From Eledone cirrhosa (Eukaryota): DNA of 64,000 bases. A program made the translations under genes and the position numbers. Within the stretch, counting starts at the first letter, position 1; every line of letters begins with the position of its first letter. Of the stretch, positions 49,325 to 64,000 are shown piece by piece. The stretch is from positions 1,302,001 to 1,366,000 of the forward strand of contig OZ024757.1 in the NCBI GenBank assembly GCA_964016885.1, written 5' to 3'. The notes beneath the pieces are model-generated. The model was not told where the DNA came from. It did no database searches and saw only the letters and a program-made list of their open reading frames with translations.

Positions 49325-52300
49325 ACAACACCTGTAGACTGGGGTGGAACAACACATCTGTACCTGAAGACTGAGGTAGAACAACATACCTGTACCTGTA
49401 GACTGGGGTGGAACAACACATCTGTACCTGTAGACTGAGGTAGAACAACACACCTGTACCTGTAGACTGGGGTAGAACAACACACCTGTACCTGTAGACT
49501 GGGGTAGAACAACACACCTGTACCTGTAGACTGGGGTAGAACAACACACCTGTACCTGTAGACTGGGGTGGAACAACACATCTGTACCTGTAGACTGAGG
49601 TAGAACAACACACCTGTACCTGTAGACTGGGGTAGAACAACACACCTGTACCTGTAGACTGGGGTAGAACAACACACCTGTACCTGTAGACTGGGGTGGA
49701 ACAACACATCTGTACCTGTAGACTGAGGTAGAACAACACACCTGTACCTGTAGACTGGGGTGGAACAACACATCTGTACCTGTAGACTGAGGTAGAACAA
49801 CACACCTGTACCTGTAGACTGGGGTAGAACAACACACCTGTACCTGTAGACTGAGGTAGAACAACACACCTGTACCTGTAGACTGAGGTAGAACAACACA
49901 CCTGTACCTGTAGACTGGGGTGGAAGAACACACCTGTACCTGTAGACTGGGGTGGAACAACACACCTGTACCTGTAGACTGAGGTAGAACAACACATCTG
50001 TACCTGTAGACTGAGGTAGAACAACACACCTGTACCTGTAGACTGAGGTAGAACAACACACCTGTACCTGTAGACTGAGGTAGAACAACACACCTGTACC
50101 TGTAGACTGGGGTGGAACAACACACCTGTACCTGTAGACTGAGGTAGAACAACACACCTGTACCTGTAGACTGGGGTGGAACAACACACCTGTACCTGTA
50201 GACTGAGGTAGAACAACACACCTGTACCTGTAGACTGGGGTAGAACAACACACCTGTACCTGTAGACTGGGGTAGAACAATACACTGTACCTGTGACTGG
50301 GGTGGAACAACACACCTGTACCTGTAGACTGAGGTAGAACAACACACCTGTACCTGTGACTGGGGTGGAACAACACACCTGTACCTGTAGACTGAGGTAG
50401 AACAACACACCTGTACCTGTAGACTGAGGTAGAACAACACACCTGTACCTGTAGACTGAACAACACACCTGTACCTGTAGACTGAGGTAGAACAACACAC
50501 CTGTACCTGTAGACTGGGGTGGAACAACATACCTGTACCTGTAGACTGAGGTAGAACAACACACCTGTACCTGTAGACTGGGGTGGAACAACATACCTGT
50601 ACCTGTAGACTGAGGTAGAACAACACACCTGTACCTATAGACTGAGGTAGAACAACACACCTGTACCTGTAGACTGGGGTGGAACAACATACCTGTACCA
50701 GTAGACTGAGGTAGAACAACACACCTGTACCTGTAGACTGGGGTGGAACAACACACCTGTACCTGTAGACTGGGGTAGAACAACACACCTGTACCTGTAG
50801 ACTGAGGTAGAACACACCTGTACCTGTAGACTGGGGTAGAACAACACACCTGTACCAGTAGACTGAAATAGAACACACCTGTACCAGTAGACTGAGGTGG
50901 AACAACACACCTGTACCTGTAGACTGAGGTGGAACAACACAGCTGTACCAGTAGACTGAGGTGGAACAACACACCTGTACCTGTAGACTGAGGTGGAACA
51001 ACACAGCTGTACCAGTAGACTGGGGTAGAACAACACACCTGTACCAGTAGACTGAAGTGGAAAACACCTGTACCAGTAGACTGAGGTGGAACAACACATC
51101 TGTACCAGTAGACTGAGGTGGAACAACACAGCTGTACCAGTAGACTGAGGTAGAACAACACACCTGTACCTGTAGACTGAGGTAGAACAACACACCTGTA
51201 ACTGTAGACTGAGGTGGAACAACACACCTGTACCAGTAGACTGGGGTGAGACAACACACCTGTACCTGTAGACTGAGGTAGAACAACACACCTGCACCAG
51301 TAGACTGAGGTAGAACACACCTGTACCTGTAGACTGGGGTAGAACAACACACTTGTACCAGTAGACTGAAGTGGAACAACACACCTGTACCAGTAGACTG
51401 AGGTGGAACAACACACCTGTACCAGTAGACTGGGGTAGAACAACACACCTGTACCTGTAGACTGGGGTAGAACAACACACCTGTACCTGTAGACTGGGGT
51501 AGAACAACACACCTGTACCTGTAGACTGAACAACACACCTGTACCTGTAGACTGGGGTGGAACAACACACCTGTACCTGTAGACTGAACAACACACCTGT
51601 ACCTGTGACTGGAGTGGAACAACACACCTGTACCTGTAGACTGGGGTAGAACAACACACCTGTACCTGTAGACTGAGGTAGAACAACACACCTGTACCTG
51701 TAGACTGGGGTGGAACAACACACCTGTACCTGTAGACTGGGGTGGAACAACACACCTGTAGACAGAGGTGGAACAACACACCTGTACCTGTAGACTGAGG
51801 TAGAACAACACACCTGTACCTGTAGACTGGGGTAGAACAACATACCTGTACCAGTAGACTGGGGTAGAACAACACACCTGTACCTGTAGACTGAGGTAGA
51901 ACAACACACCTGTACCTGTAGACTGAACAACACACCTGTACCTGTAGACTGAGGTAGAACAACACACCTGTATCTGTAGACTGGGGTAGAACAACACACC
52001 TGCACCAGTAGATTGAGGTGGAACAACACACCTGTACCTGTAGACTGGGGTGGAACAACACACCTGTACCTATAGACTGAGGTGGAACAGCATACCTGTA
52101 CCTGTAGACTGGGGTGGAAAAACACACCTGTACCTGTAGACTGGGGTGGAACAACACACCTGTACCTGTAGACTGGAGTAGAACAACACACCTGTACCTG
52201 TAGACTGGGGTGGAACAACACACCTGTACCTGTAGACTGAGGTAGAACAACACACATGTACCAGCAGACTGAGGTAGAACAACACACCTGTACCAGTAGA

Positions 52301-55300
52301 CTGAGGTGGAACATCACACCTATACCAGTAGACTGAGGTGGAACAACACACCTGTACCTGTAGACTGGGGGAGATCAACACACCTGTACCTGTAGACTGA
52401 ACAACATACCTCTACCTGTAGACTGAGGTAGAACAACACACCTGTACCTGTAGACTGAGGGAGAACAACACACCTGTACCTGTAGACTGAACGACACACC
52501 TGTACCTGTAGACTGGGGTAGAACAACACACCTGTACCTGTAGACTGGGGTAGAACACACCTGTACCTGTAGACTGAGGTAGAACAACACACCTGTACCT
52601 GTAGACTGAGGTAGAACAACACACCTGTACCTGTAGACTGGGGTGGAACAACACACCTGTACCTGTAGACTGAGGTAGAACAACACACCTGTACCTGTAG
52701 ACTGGGGTGGAACAACACACCTGTACCTGTAGACTGAGGTAGAACAACACACCTGTACCTGGAGACTGGGGTAGAACAACACACCTGTACCTGTAGACTG
52801 AGGTAGAACAACACACCTGTACCTGTAGACTGAGGTAGAACAACACACCTGTACCTGTAGACTGGAGTGGAACAACACACCTGTACCTGTAGACTGAGGT
52901 AGAACAACACACCTGTACCTGTACACTGGGGTGGAACAACACACCTGTACCTGTAGACTGGGGTAGAACAACACACCTGTACCTGTAGACTGGGGTAGAA
53001 CAATACACCTGTACCTGTGACTGGGCTTGAACATCACACCTGTACCTGTAGACTGAGGTAGAACAACACACCTGTACCTGTGACTGGGGTAGAACAACAC
53101 ACCTGTACCTGTAGACTGAGGTAGAACAACACACCTGTACCTGCAGACTGAGGTAGAACAACACACCTGTACCTGTAGACTGGGGTGGAACAACACACCT
53201 GTACCTGTAGACTGAGGTAGAACAACACACCTGTACCTGTAGACTGGGGTAGAACAATACACCTGTACCTGTAGACTGAGGTAGAACAACACACCTGTAC
53301 CTGTGACTGGGGTGGAACAACACACCTGTACCTGTAGACTGAGGTAGAACAACACACCTGTACCTGTAGACTGAAGTGGAACACACCTGTACCTGTAGAC
53401 TGGGGTGGAACAACACACCTGTACCAGTAGCCTGAGGTGGAACAACACACCTGTACCAGTAGACTGAGGTGGAACAACACAGCTGTACCAGTAGACTGAG
53501 GTGGAACAACACAGCTGTACCAGTAGACTGAGGTAGAACAACACACCTGTACCTGTAGACTGGGGTAGAACAACACACCTGTACCTGTAGACTGGGGTAG
53601 AACAACACACCTGTACCTGTAGACTGAGGTAGAACACACCTGTACCTGTAGACTGGGGTAGAACAACACACCTGTACCAGTAGACTGAAGTGGAACACAC
53701 CTGTACCTGTAGACTGAGGTGGAACAACACACCTGTACCTGTAGACTGAGGTGGAACAACACAGCTGTACCAGTAGACTGAGGTGGAACAACACACCTGT
53801 ACCTGTAGACTGGGGTAGAACAACACACCTGTACCAGTAGACTGAAGTGGAACACACCTGTACCTGTAGACTGAGGTGGAACAACACACCTGTACCTGTA
53901 GACTGAGGTGGAACAACACAGCTGTACCAGTAGACTGAGGTGGAACAACACACCTGTACCTGTAGACTGAGGTGGAACAACACACCTGTACCTGTAGACT
54001 GAGGTGGAACAACACAGCTGTACCAGTAGACTGAGGTGGAACAACACACCTGTACCTGTAGACTGAGGTGGAACAACACACCTGTACCTGTAGACTGAGG
54101 TGGAACAACACACCTGTACCTGTAGACTGAGGTGGAACAACACAGCTGTACCAGTAGACTGAGGTGGAACAACACACCTGTACCTGTAGACTGAGGTGGA
54201 ACAACACACCTGTACCTGTAGACTGAGGTGGAACAACACAGCTGTACCAGTAGACTGAGGTGGAACAACACACCTGTACCTGTAGACTGAGGTGGAACAA
54301 CACACCTGTACCTGTAGACTGAGGTGGAACAACACACCTGTACCTGTAGACTGAGGTGGAACAACACAGCTGTACCAGTAGACTGAGGTGGAACAACACA
54401 CCTGTACCTGTAGACTGAGGTGGAACAACACACCTGTACCTGTAGACTGAGGTGGAACAACACACCTGTACCAGTAGACTGAGGTGGAACAACACAGCTG
54501 TACCAGTAGACTGAAGTGGAACACACCTGTACCAGTAGACTGAGGTGGAACAACACACCTGTACCTGTAGACTGAGGTGGAACAACACACCTGTACCAGT
54601 AGACTGAGGTGGAACAACACACCTGTACCTGTAGACTGAGGTGGAACAACACAGCTGTACCAGTAGACTGAGGTGGAACAACACACCTGTACCAGTAGAC
54701 TGAGGTGGAACAACACACCTGTACCAGTAGACTGGGGTAGAACAACACACCTGTACCTGTAGACTGAGGTAGAACACACCTGTACCAGTAGACTGAGGTG
54801 GAACAACACACCTGTACCAGTAGACTGAGGTGGAACAACACACCTGTACCAGTAGACTGAGGTAGAACACACCTGTACCAGTAGACTGAGGTGGAACAAC
54901 ACACCTGTACCAGTAGACTGAGGTGGAACAACACACCTGTACCAGTAGACTGGGGTAGAACAACACACCTGTACCAGTAGACTGAGGTTGAACAACACAC
55001 CTGTACCTGTAGACTGAGGTGGAACAACACACCTGTACCTGTAGACTGGGGTGGAACAACACACCTGTACCTGTAGACTGGGGTAGAACAACACACCTGT
55101 ACCAGTAGACTGAGGTGGAACAACACACCTGTACCTGTAGACTGGGGTGGAACAACACACCTGTACCAGTAGACTGAGGTGGAACAACACACCTGTACCT
55201 GTAGACTGGGGTGGAACAACACACCTGTACCAGTAGACTGAGGTGGAACAACACACCTGTACCAGTAGACTGAGGTGGAACAACACACCTGTACCTGTAG

Positions 55301-58300
55301 ACTGGGGTGGAACAACACAACTTTACCAGTAGACTGAAGTGGAACAACACACCTGCACCTGTAGACTGGGGTGGGACAACACACCTGTACCTGTAGACTG
55401 AGGTGGAACAACACACCTGTACCAGTAGACTGAGGTGGAACAACACACCTGTACCAGTAGACTGGGGTAGAACAACACACCTGTACCAGTAGCCTAAGGT
55501 GGAACAACACAGCTGTACCAGTAGACTGAGGTGGAACAACACAGCTGTACCTGTAGACTGGGGTAGAACAACACACCTGTACCAGTAGACTGAGGTGGAA
55601 CAACACACCTGTACCAGTAGACTGGGGTAGAACAACACACCTGTACCAGTAGACTGAGGTGGAACAACACACCTGTACCAGTAGACTGGGGTAGAACAAC
55701 ACACCTGTACCAGTAGACTGAGTTGGAACAACACACCTGTACCAGTAGACTGAGGTAGAACACACCTGTACCTGTAGACTGAGGTGGAACAACACAGCTG
55801 TACCAGTAGACTGAGGTGGAACAACACACCTGTACCTGTAGACTGAGGTGGAACAACACAGCTGTACCAGTAGACTGAGGTGGAACAACACACCTGTACC
55901 AGTAGACTGAGGTGGAACAACACACCTGTACCTATAGACTGGGGTGGAACAACACACCTGTACCAGTAGACTGAGGTGGAACAACACACCTGTACCTGTA
56001 GACTGGGGTGGAACAACACACCTGTACCAGTAGACTGAGGTGGAACAACACACCTGTACCAGTAGACTGAGGTGGAACAACACACCTGTACCAGTAGACT
56101 GAGGTAGAACAACACACCTGTAACTGTAGACTGAGGTGGAACAACACACCTGTACCAGTAGACTGGGGTGAGACAACACACCTGTACCTGTAGACTGAGG
56201 TAGAACAACACACCTGCACCAGTAGACTGAGGTAGAACACACCTGTACCTGTAGACTGGGGTAGAACAACACACTTGTACCAGTAGACTGAAGTGGAACA
56301 ACACACCTGTACCAGTAGGCTGAGGTGGAACAACACAGCTGTACCAGTAGACTGAGGTGGAACAACACACCTGTACCAGTAGACTGAGGTAGAACAACAC
56401 ACCTGTACCAGTAGACTGAGGTGGAACAACACACCTGTACCAGTAGACTGAGGTGGAACAACACAGCTGTACCAGTAGACTGAGGTAGAACAACACACCT
56501 GTACCAGTAGACTGGGGTAGAACAACACACCTGTACCTGTAGACTGGGGTAGAACAGCACACCTGTACCTGTAGACTGGGGTAGAACAACACACCTGTAC
56601 CTGTAGACTGAACAACACACCTGTACCTGTAAACTGGGGTAGAACAACACACCTGTACCTGTAGACTGGGGTCAAACAACACACCTGTACCTGTAGACTG
56701 GGGTAGAACAACACACCTGTACCTGTAGTCTGGGGTAGAACAACACACCTGTACCTGTAGACTGGGGTAGAACAACACACCTGTACCAGTAGACTGGGGT
56801 AGAACAACACACCTGTACCTGTAGACTGGGGTAGAACAACACACCTGTACCTGTAGACTGAGGGAGAACAACACACCTATACCTGTAGACTGAACAACAC
56901 ACCTGTACCTGTAAACTGGGGTAGAACAACACACCTGTACCTGTAGACTGGGGTCAAACAACACACCTGTACCTGTAGACTGGGGTAGAACAACACACCT
57001 GTACCTGTAGACTGGGGTGGAACAACATACCTGTACCTGTAGACTGAGGTAGAACAACACACCTGTACCTGTAGACTGGGGTGGAACAACACACCTGTAC
57101 CTGTAGACTGGGGTGGAACAACACACCTGTACCTGTAGACTGGGGTAGAACAACACACCTGTACCTGTAGACTGAGGTAGAACACACCTGTACCTGTAGA
57201 CTGGGGTGGAACAACACACCTGTACCTGTAGACTGGGGTAGAACAACACACCTGTACCAGTAGACTGAAGTGGAACACACCTGTACCAGTAGACTGAGGT
57301 GGAACAACACACCTGTACCAGTAGACTGAGGTAGAACAACACACCTGTATCTGTAGACTGAGGTAGAACAACACACCTGTACCTGTAGACTGAGGTGGAA
57401 CAACACACCTGTACCAGTAGACTGAAGTGGAACACACCTGTACCAGTAGACTGAGGTGGAACAACACACCTGTACCTGTAGACTGAGGTGGAACAACACA
57501 GCTGTACCAGTAGACTGGGGTAGAACAACACACCTGTACCAGTAGACTGAAGTGGAACAACACACCTGTACCTGTAGACTGAGGTGGAACAACACAGCTG
57601 TACCAGTAGACTGAGGTAGAACAACACACCTGTACCTGTAGACTGAGTTGGAACAACACACCTGTACCAATAGACTGAGGTGGAACAACACAGCTGTACC
57701 AGTAGACTGAGGTAGAACAACACACCTGTACCTGTAGACTGGGGTGGAACAACACACCTGTACCAGTAGACTGGGGTGGGACAACACACCTGTACCTGTA
57801 GACTGAGGTGGAACAACACAGCTGTACCAGTAGACTGGGGTAGAACAACACACCTGTACCAGTAGACTGAAGTGGAACAACACACCTGTACCAGTAGACT
57901 GAGGTGGAACAACACAGCTGTACCAGTAGACTGAGGTAGAACAACACACCTGTACCTGTAGACTGAGGTGGAACAACACACCTGTACCAGTAGACTGAGG
58001 TGGAACAACACAGCTGTACCAGTAGACTGAGGTAGAACAACACACCTGTAATTGTAGACTGGGGTGGAACAACACACCTGTACCAGTAGACTGGGGTGGG
58101 ACAACACACCTGTACCTGTAGACTGAGGTGGAACAACACAGCTGTACCAGTAGACTGGGGTAGAACAACACACCTGTACCAGTAGACTGGGGTGGGACAA
58201 CACAGCTGTACCAGTAGACTGAGGTAGCACAACACACCTGTACCAGTAGACTGAGGTGGAACAACACAGCTGTACCAGTAGACTGAGGTAGAACAACACA

Positions 58301-61300
58301 CCTGTACCTGTAGACTGAGGTGGAACAACACACCTGTACCAGTAGACTGAGGTGGAACAACACAGCTGTACCAGTAGACTGAGGTAGAACAACACACCTG
58401 TACCTGTAGACTGGGGTGGAACAACACACCTGTACCAGTAGACTGGGGTGGGACAACACACATGTACCTGTAGACTGAGGTAGAACAACACACCTGTACC
58501 AGTAGACTGAGGTAGAACACACCTGTACCTGTAGACTGGGGTGGAACAACACACCTGTACCAGTAGACTGAGGTGGAACAACACAGCTGTACCAGTAGAC
58601 TGAGGTAGAACACACCTGTACCTGTAGACTGGGGTGGAACAACACACCTGTACCAGTAGACTGGGGTGGGACAACACACCTGTACCTGTAGACTGAGGTA
58701 GAACAACACACCTGTACCAGTAGACTGAAGTGGAACACACCTGTACCAGTAGACTGAGGTGGAACAACACACCTGTACCAGTAGACTGAGGTGGAACAAC
58801 ACAGCTGTACCAGTAGACTGAGGTAGAACAACACACCTGTACCTGTAGACTGAGGTAGAACAACACACCTGTAACTGTAGACTGAGGTGGAACAACACAC
58901 CTGTACCAGTAGACTGGGGTGAGACAACACACCTGTACCTGTAGACTGAGGTAGAACAACACACCTGTACCAGTAGACTGAGGTAGAACACACCTGTACC
59001 TGTAGACTGGGGTAGAACAACACACTTGTACCAGTAGACTGGGGTAGAACAACACACCTGTACCTGTAGACTGGGGTAGAACAACACACCTGTACCTGTA
59101 GACTGAACAACACACCTGTACCTGTAGACTGGGGTGGAACAACACACCTGTACCTGTAGACTGAACAACACACCTGTACCTGTGACTGGAGTGGAACAAC
59201 ACACCTGTACCTGTAGACTGGAATAGAACAACACACCTGTACCTGTAGACTGAGGTAGAACAACACACCTGTACCTGTAGACTGGGGTGGAACAACACAC
59301 CTGTACCTGTAGACTGGGGTGGAACAACACACCTGTAGACTGAGGTGGAACAACACACCTGTACCTGTAGACTGGGGTAGAACAACATACCTGTACCAGT
59401 AGACTGGGGTAGAACAACACACCTGTACCTGTAGACTGAGGTAGAACAACACACCTGTACCTGTAGACTGAACAACACACCTGTACCTGTAGACTGAGGT
59501 AGAACAACACACCTGTATCTGTAGACTGGGGTAGAACAACACACCTGCACCAGTAGATTGAGGTGGAACAACACACCTGTACCTGTAGACTGGGGTGGAA
59601 CAACACACCTGTACCTATAGACTGAGGTGGAACAGCATACCTGTACCTGTAGACTGGGGTGGGACAACACACCTGTACCTGTAGACTGGGGTGGAACAAC
59701 ACACCTGTACCTGTAGACTGGAGTAGAACAACACACCTGTACCTGTAGACTGGGGTGGAACAACATACCTGTACCTGTAGACTGAGGTAGAACAACACAC
59801 CTGTACCTGTAGACTGAGGTAGAACAACACACCTGTACCTGTAGACTGGGGTGGAACAACATACCTGTACCTGTAGACTGAGATAGAACAACACATGTGT
59901 ACCTGTAGACTGAGATAGAACAACACACCTGTACCTGTAGACTGGGGTGGAACAACACACCTGTAGACTGGGGTGGAACAACACAGCTGTACCAGTAGGC
60001 TGAGGTGGAACAACACACCTGTACCAGTAGACTGAGGTGGAACAACACACCTGTACCAGTAGACTGAAGTGGAACACACCTGTACCAGTAAACTGAGGTA
60101 GAACAACACACCTGTACCAGTAAACTGAAGTGGAACAACACACCTGTACCAGTAGACTGAGGTGGAACAACACACCTGTACCAGTAGACTGAAGTGGAAC
60201 AACACACCTGTACCAGTAGACTGAGGTGGAACAACACACCTGTACCTGTAGACTGAAGTGGAACAACACACCTGTACCTGTAGACTGAAGTGGAACAACA
60301 CACCTGTACCTGTAGACTGAGGTGGAACAACACACCTGTACCAGTAGACTGGGGTGGGACAACACACCTGTACCTGTAGACTGAGGTAGAACAACACATC
60401 TGTACCAGTAGACTGAGGTAGAACACACCTGTACCTGTAGACTGGGGTAGAACAACACACCTGTACCAGTAGACTGAAGTGGAACAACACACCTGTACCA
60501 GTAGACTGGCGTGGGACAACACACCTGTACATGTAGACTGAGGTAGAACAACACACCTGTACCAGTAGACTGGGGTAGAACAACACACCTGTACCTGTAG
60601 ACTGGGGTAGAACAGCACACCTGTACCTGTAGACTGGGGTAGAACAACACACCTGTACCTGTAGACTGAGGGAGAACAACACACCTGTACCTGTAGACTG
60701 AACAACACACCTGTACCTGTAAACTGGGGTAGAACAACACACCTGTACCTGTAGACTGGGGTCAAACAACACACCTGTACCTGTAGACTGGGGTAGAACA
60801 ACACACCTGTACCTGTAGTCTGGGGTAAAAAACACACCTGTACCTGTAGACTGGGGTAGAACAACACACCTGTACCTGTAGACTGGGGTAGAACAACACA
60901 CCTGTACCAGTAGACTGGGGTAGAACAACACACCTGTACCTGTAGACTGGGGTAGAACAACACACCTGTACCTGTAGACTGAGGGAGAACAACACACCTG
61001 TACCTGTAGACTGAACAACACACCTGTACCTGTAAACTGGGGTAGAACAACACACCTGTACCTGTAGACTGGGGTCAAACAACACACCTGTACCTGTAGA
61101 CTGGGGTAGAACAACACACCTGTACCTGTAGACTGGGGTGGAACAACATACCTGTACCTGTAGACTGAGGTAGAACAACACACCTGTACCTGTAGACTGG
61201 GGTGGAACAACACACCTGTACCTGTAGACTGGGGTGGAACAACACACCTGTACCTGTAGACTGGGGTAGAACAACACACCTGTACCTGTAGACTGAGGCA

Positions 61301-64000
61301 GAACACACCTGTACCTGTAGACTGGGGTGGAACAACACACCTGTACCTGTAGACTGGGGTAGAACAACACACCTGTACCAGTAGACTGAAGTGGAACACA
61401 CCTGTACCAGTAGACTGAGGTGGAACAACACACCTGTACCAGTAGACTGAGGTAGAACAACACACCTGTATCTGTAGACTGAGGTAGAACAACACACCTG
61501 TACCTGTAGACTGAGGTGGAACAACACACCTGTACCAGTAGACTGAAGTGGAACACACCTGTACCAGTAGACTGAGGTGGAACAACACACCTGTACCTGT
61601 AGACTGAGGTGGAACAACACAGCTGTACCAGTAGACTGGGGTAGAACAACACACCTGTACCAGTAGACTGAAGTGGAACAACACACCTGTACCTGTAGAG
61701 TGAGGTGGAACAACACAGCTGTACCAGTAGACTGAGGTAGAACAACACACCTGTACCTGTAGACTGAGGTGGAACAACACAGCTGTACCAATAGACTGAG
61801 GTGGAACAACACAGCTGTACCAGTAGACTGAGGTAGAACAACACACCTGTACCTGTAGACTGGGGTGGAACAACACACCTGTACCAGTAGACTGGGGTGG
61901 GACAACACACCTGTACCTGTAGACTGAGGTGGAACAACACAGCTGTACCAGTAGACTGGGGTAGAACAACACACCTGTACCAGTAGACTGAAGTGGAACA
62001 ACACACCTGTACCAGTAGACTGAGGTGGAACAACACAGCTGTACCAGTAGACTGAGGTAGAACAACACACCTGTACCTGTAGACTGAGGTGGAACAACAC
62101 ACCTGTACCAGTAGACTGAGGTGGAACAACACAGCTGTACCAGTCGACTGAGGTAGAACAACACACCTGTACCTGTAGACTGGGGTGGAACAACACACCT
62201 GTACCAGTAGACTGGGGTGGGACAACACACCTGTACCTGTAGACTGAGGTGGAACAACACAGCTGTACCAGTAGACTGGGGTAGAACAACACACCTGTAC
62301 CAGTAGACTGGGGTGGGACAACACAGCTGTACCAGTAGACTGAGGTAGCACAACACACCTGTACCAGTAGACTGAGGTGGAACAACACAGCTGTACCAGT
62401 AGACTGAGGTAGAACAACACACCTGTACCTCTAGACTGAGGTGGAACAACACACCTGTACCAGTAGACTGAGGTGGAACAACACAGCTGTACCAGTAGAC
62501 TGAGGTAGAACAACACACCTGTACCTGTAGACTGGGGTGGAACAACACACCTGTACCAGTAGACTGGGGTGGGACAACACACATGTACCTGTAGACTGAG
62601 GTAGAACAACACACCTGTACCAGTAGACTGAGGTAGAACACACCTGTACCTGTAGACTGGGGTGGAACAACACACCTGTACCAGTAGACTGAGGTGGAAC
62701 AACACAGCTGTACCAGTAGACTGAGGTAGAACACACCTGTACCTGTAGACTGGGGTGGAACAACACACCTGTACCAGTAGACTGGGGTGGGACAACACAC
62801 CTGTACCTGTAGACTGAGGTAGAACAACACACCTGTACCAGTAGACTGAAGTGGAACACACCTGTACCAGTAGACTGAGGTGGAACAACACACCTGTACC
62901 AGTAGACTGAGGTGGAACAACACAGCTGTACCAGTAGACTGAGGTAGAACAACACACCTGTACCTGTAGACTGAGGTAGAACAACACACCTGTAACTGTA
63001 GACTGAGGTGGAACAACACACCTGTACCAGTAGACTGGGGTGAGACAACACACCTGTACCTGTAGACTGAGGTAGAACAACACACCTGTACCAGTAGACT
63101 GAGGTAGAACACACCTGTACCTGTAGACTGGGGTAGAACAACACACTTGTACCAGTAGACTGGGGTAGAACAACACACCTGTACCTGTAGACTGGGGTAG
63201 AACAACACACCTGTACCTGTAGACTGAACAACACACCTGTACCTGTAGACTGGGGTGGAACAACACACCTGTACCTGTAGACTGAACAACACACCTGTAC
63301 CTGTGACTGGAGTGGAACAACACACCTGTACCTGTAGACTGCAATAGAACAACACACCTGTACCTGTAGACTGAGGTAGAACAACACACCTGTACCTGTA
63401 GACTGGGGTGGAACAACACACCTGTACCTGTAGACTGGGGTGGAACAACACACCTGTAGACTGAGGTGGAACAACACACCTGTACCTGTAGACTGGGGTA
63501 GAACAACATACCTGTACCAGTAGACTGGGGTAGAACAACACACCTGTACCTGTAGACTGAGGTAGAACAACACACCTGTACCTGTAGACTGAACAACACA
63601 CCTGTACCTGTAGACTGAGGTAGAACAACACACCTGTATCTGTAGACTGGGGTAGAACAACACACCTGCACCAGTAGATTGAGGTGGAACAACACACCTG
63701 TACCTGTAGACTGGGGTGGAACAACACACCTGTACCTATAGACTGAGGTGGAACAGCATACCTGTACCTGTAGACTGGGGTGGGACAACACACCTGTACC
63801 TGTAGACTGGGGTGGAACAACACACCTGTACCTGTAGACTGAGGTAGAACAACACATCTGTACCAGTAGACTGAGGTAGAACACACCTGTACCTGTAGAC
63901 TGGGGTAGAACAACACACCTGTACCAGTAGACTGAAGTGGAACAACACACCTGTACCAGTAGACTGGCGTGGGACAACACACCTGTACATGTAGACTGAG
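49325..64000. repeat. 32-bp satellite array (>14.6 kb, runs off the window)
   Basis: Unit cctgtacc(t/a)gtagactg(g/a)ggt(a/g)gaacaacaca, with tagaacaac at 49441 and 49473. 29-bp and 26-bp deletion variants occur. Confidence 0.98.

Noticed and set aside
49158-63990. Giant ORFs as genuine protein-coding genes, or the array as a CRISPR
   Set aside because: The array is a tandem 32-bp satellite with no unique spacers and no cas genes. All three minus frames are open, and frequent frameshifting indels occur.

Overview
Repeat-saturated, AT-rich eukaryotic animal DNA. The SINE types and transposon mix suggest a cephalopod (Octopus-like) genome, which is an inference. I cannot support any host protein-coding gene. 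The window is a stack of decayed transposable elements in (TA)n/(CA)n microsatellites. It holds two 5'-truncated Penelope-like retroelements (one Neptune-type, one Naiad-type), each ending in an inverted copy of its own 3' region and carrying minimal hammerhead-ribozyme motifs, some with a compensated U3-A8 core. There are several short fold-back palindromes, an autonomous-type Helitron (Rep + Pif1 helicase, frameshifted) and two non-autonomous Helitrons. A head-to-tail cluster of four Tx1/L1-like LINEs is joined at (GATA)n tracts. The leftmost LINE is interrupted by a young non-coding LTR element (TG...TA ends, duplicated extended tRNA-Trp PBS) and by a related solo LTR. The window also has R4/Dong-like and CRE-like LINE fragments (the latter expanded into a 79-bp minisatellite), a hATm-type DNA transposon with intact ends and 8-bp TSD, and 14.7 kb of a 32-bp satellite with a ~4.12-kb higher-order duplication. 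The very long ORFs in the track are repeat artefacts.
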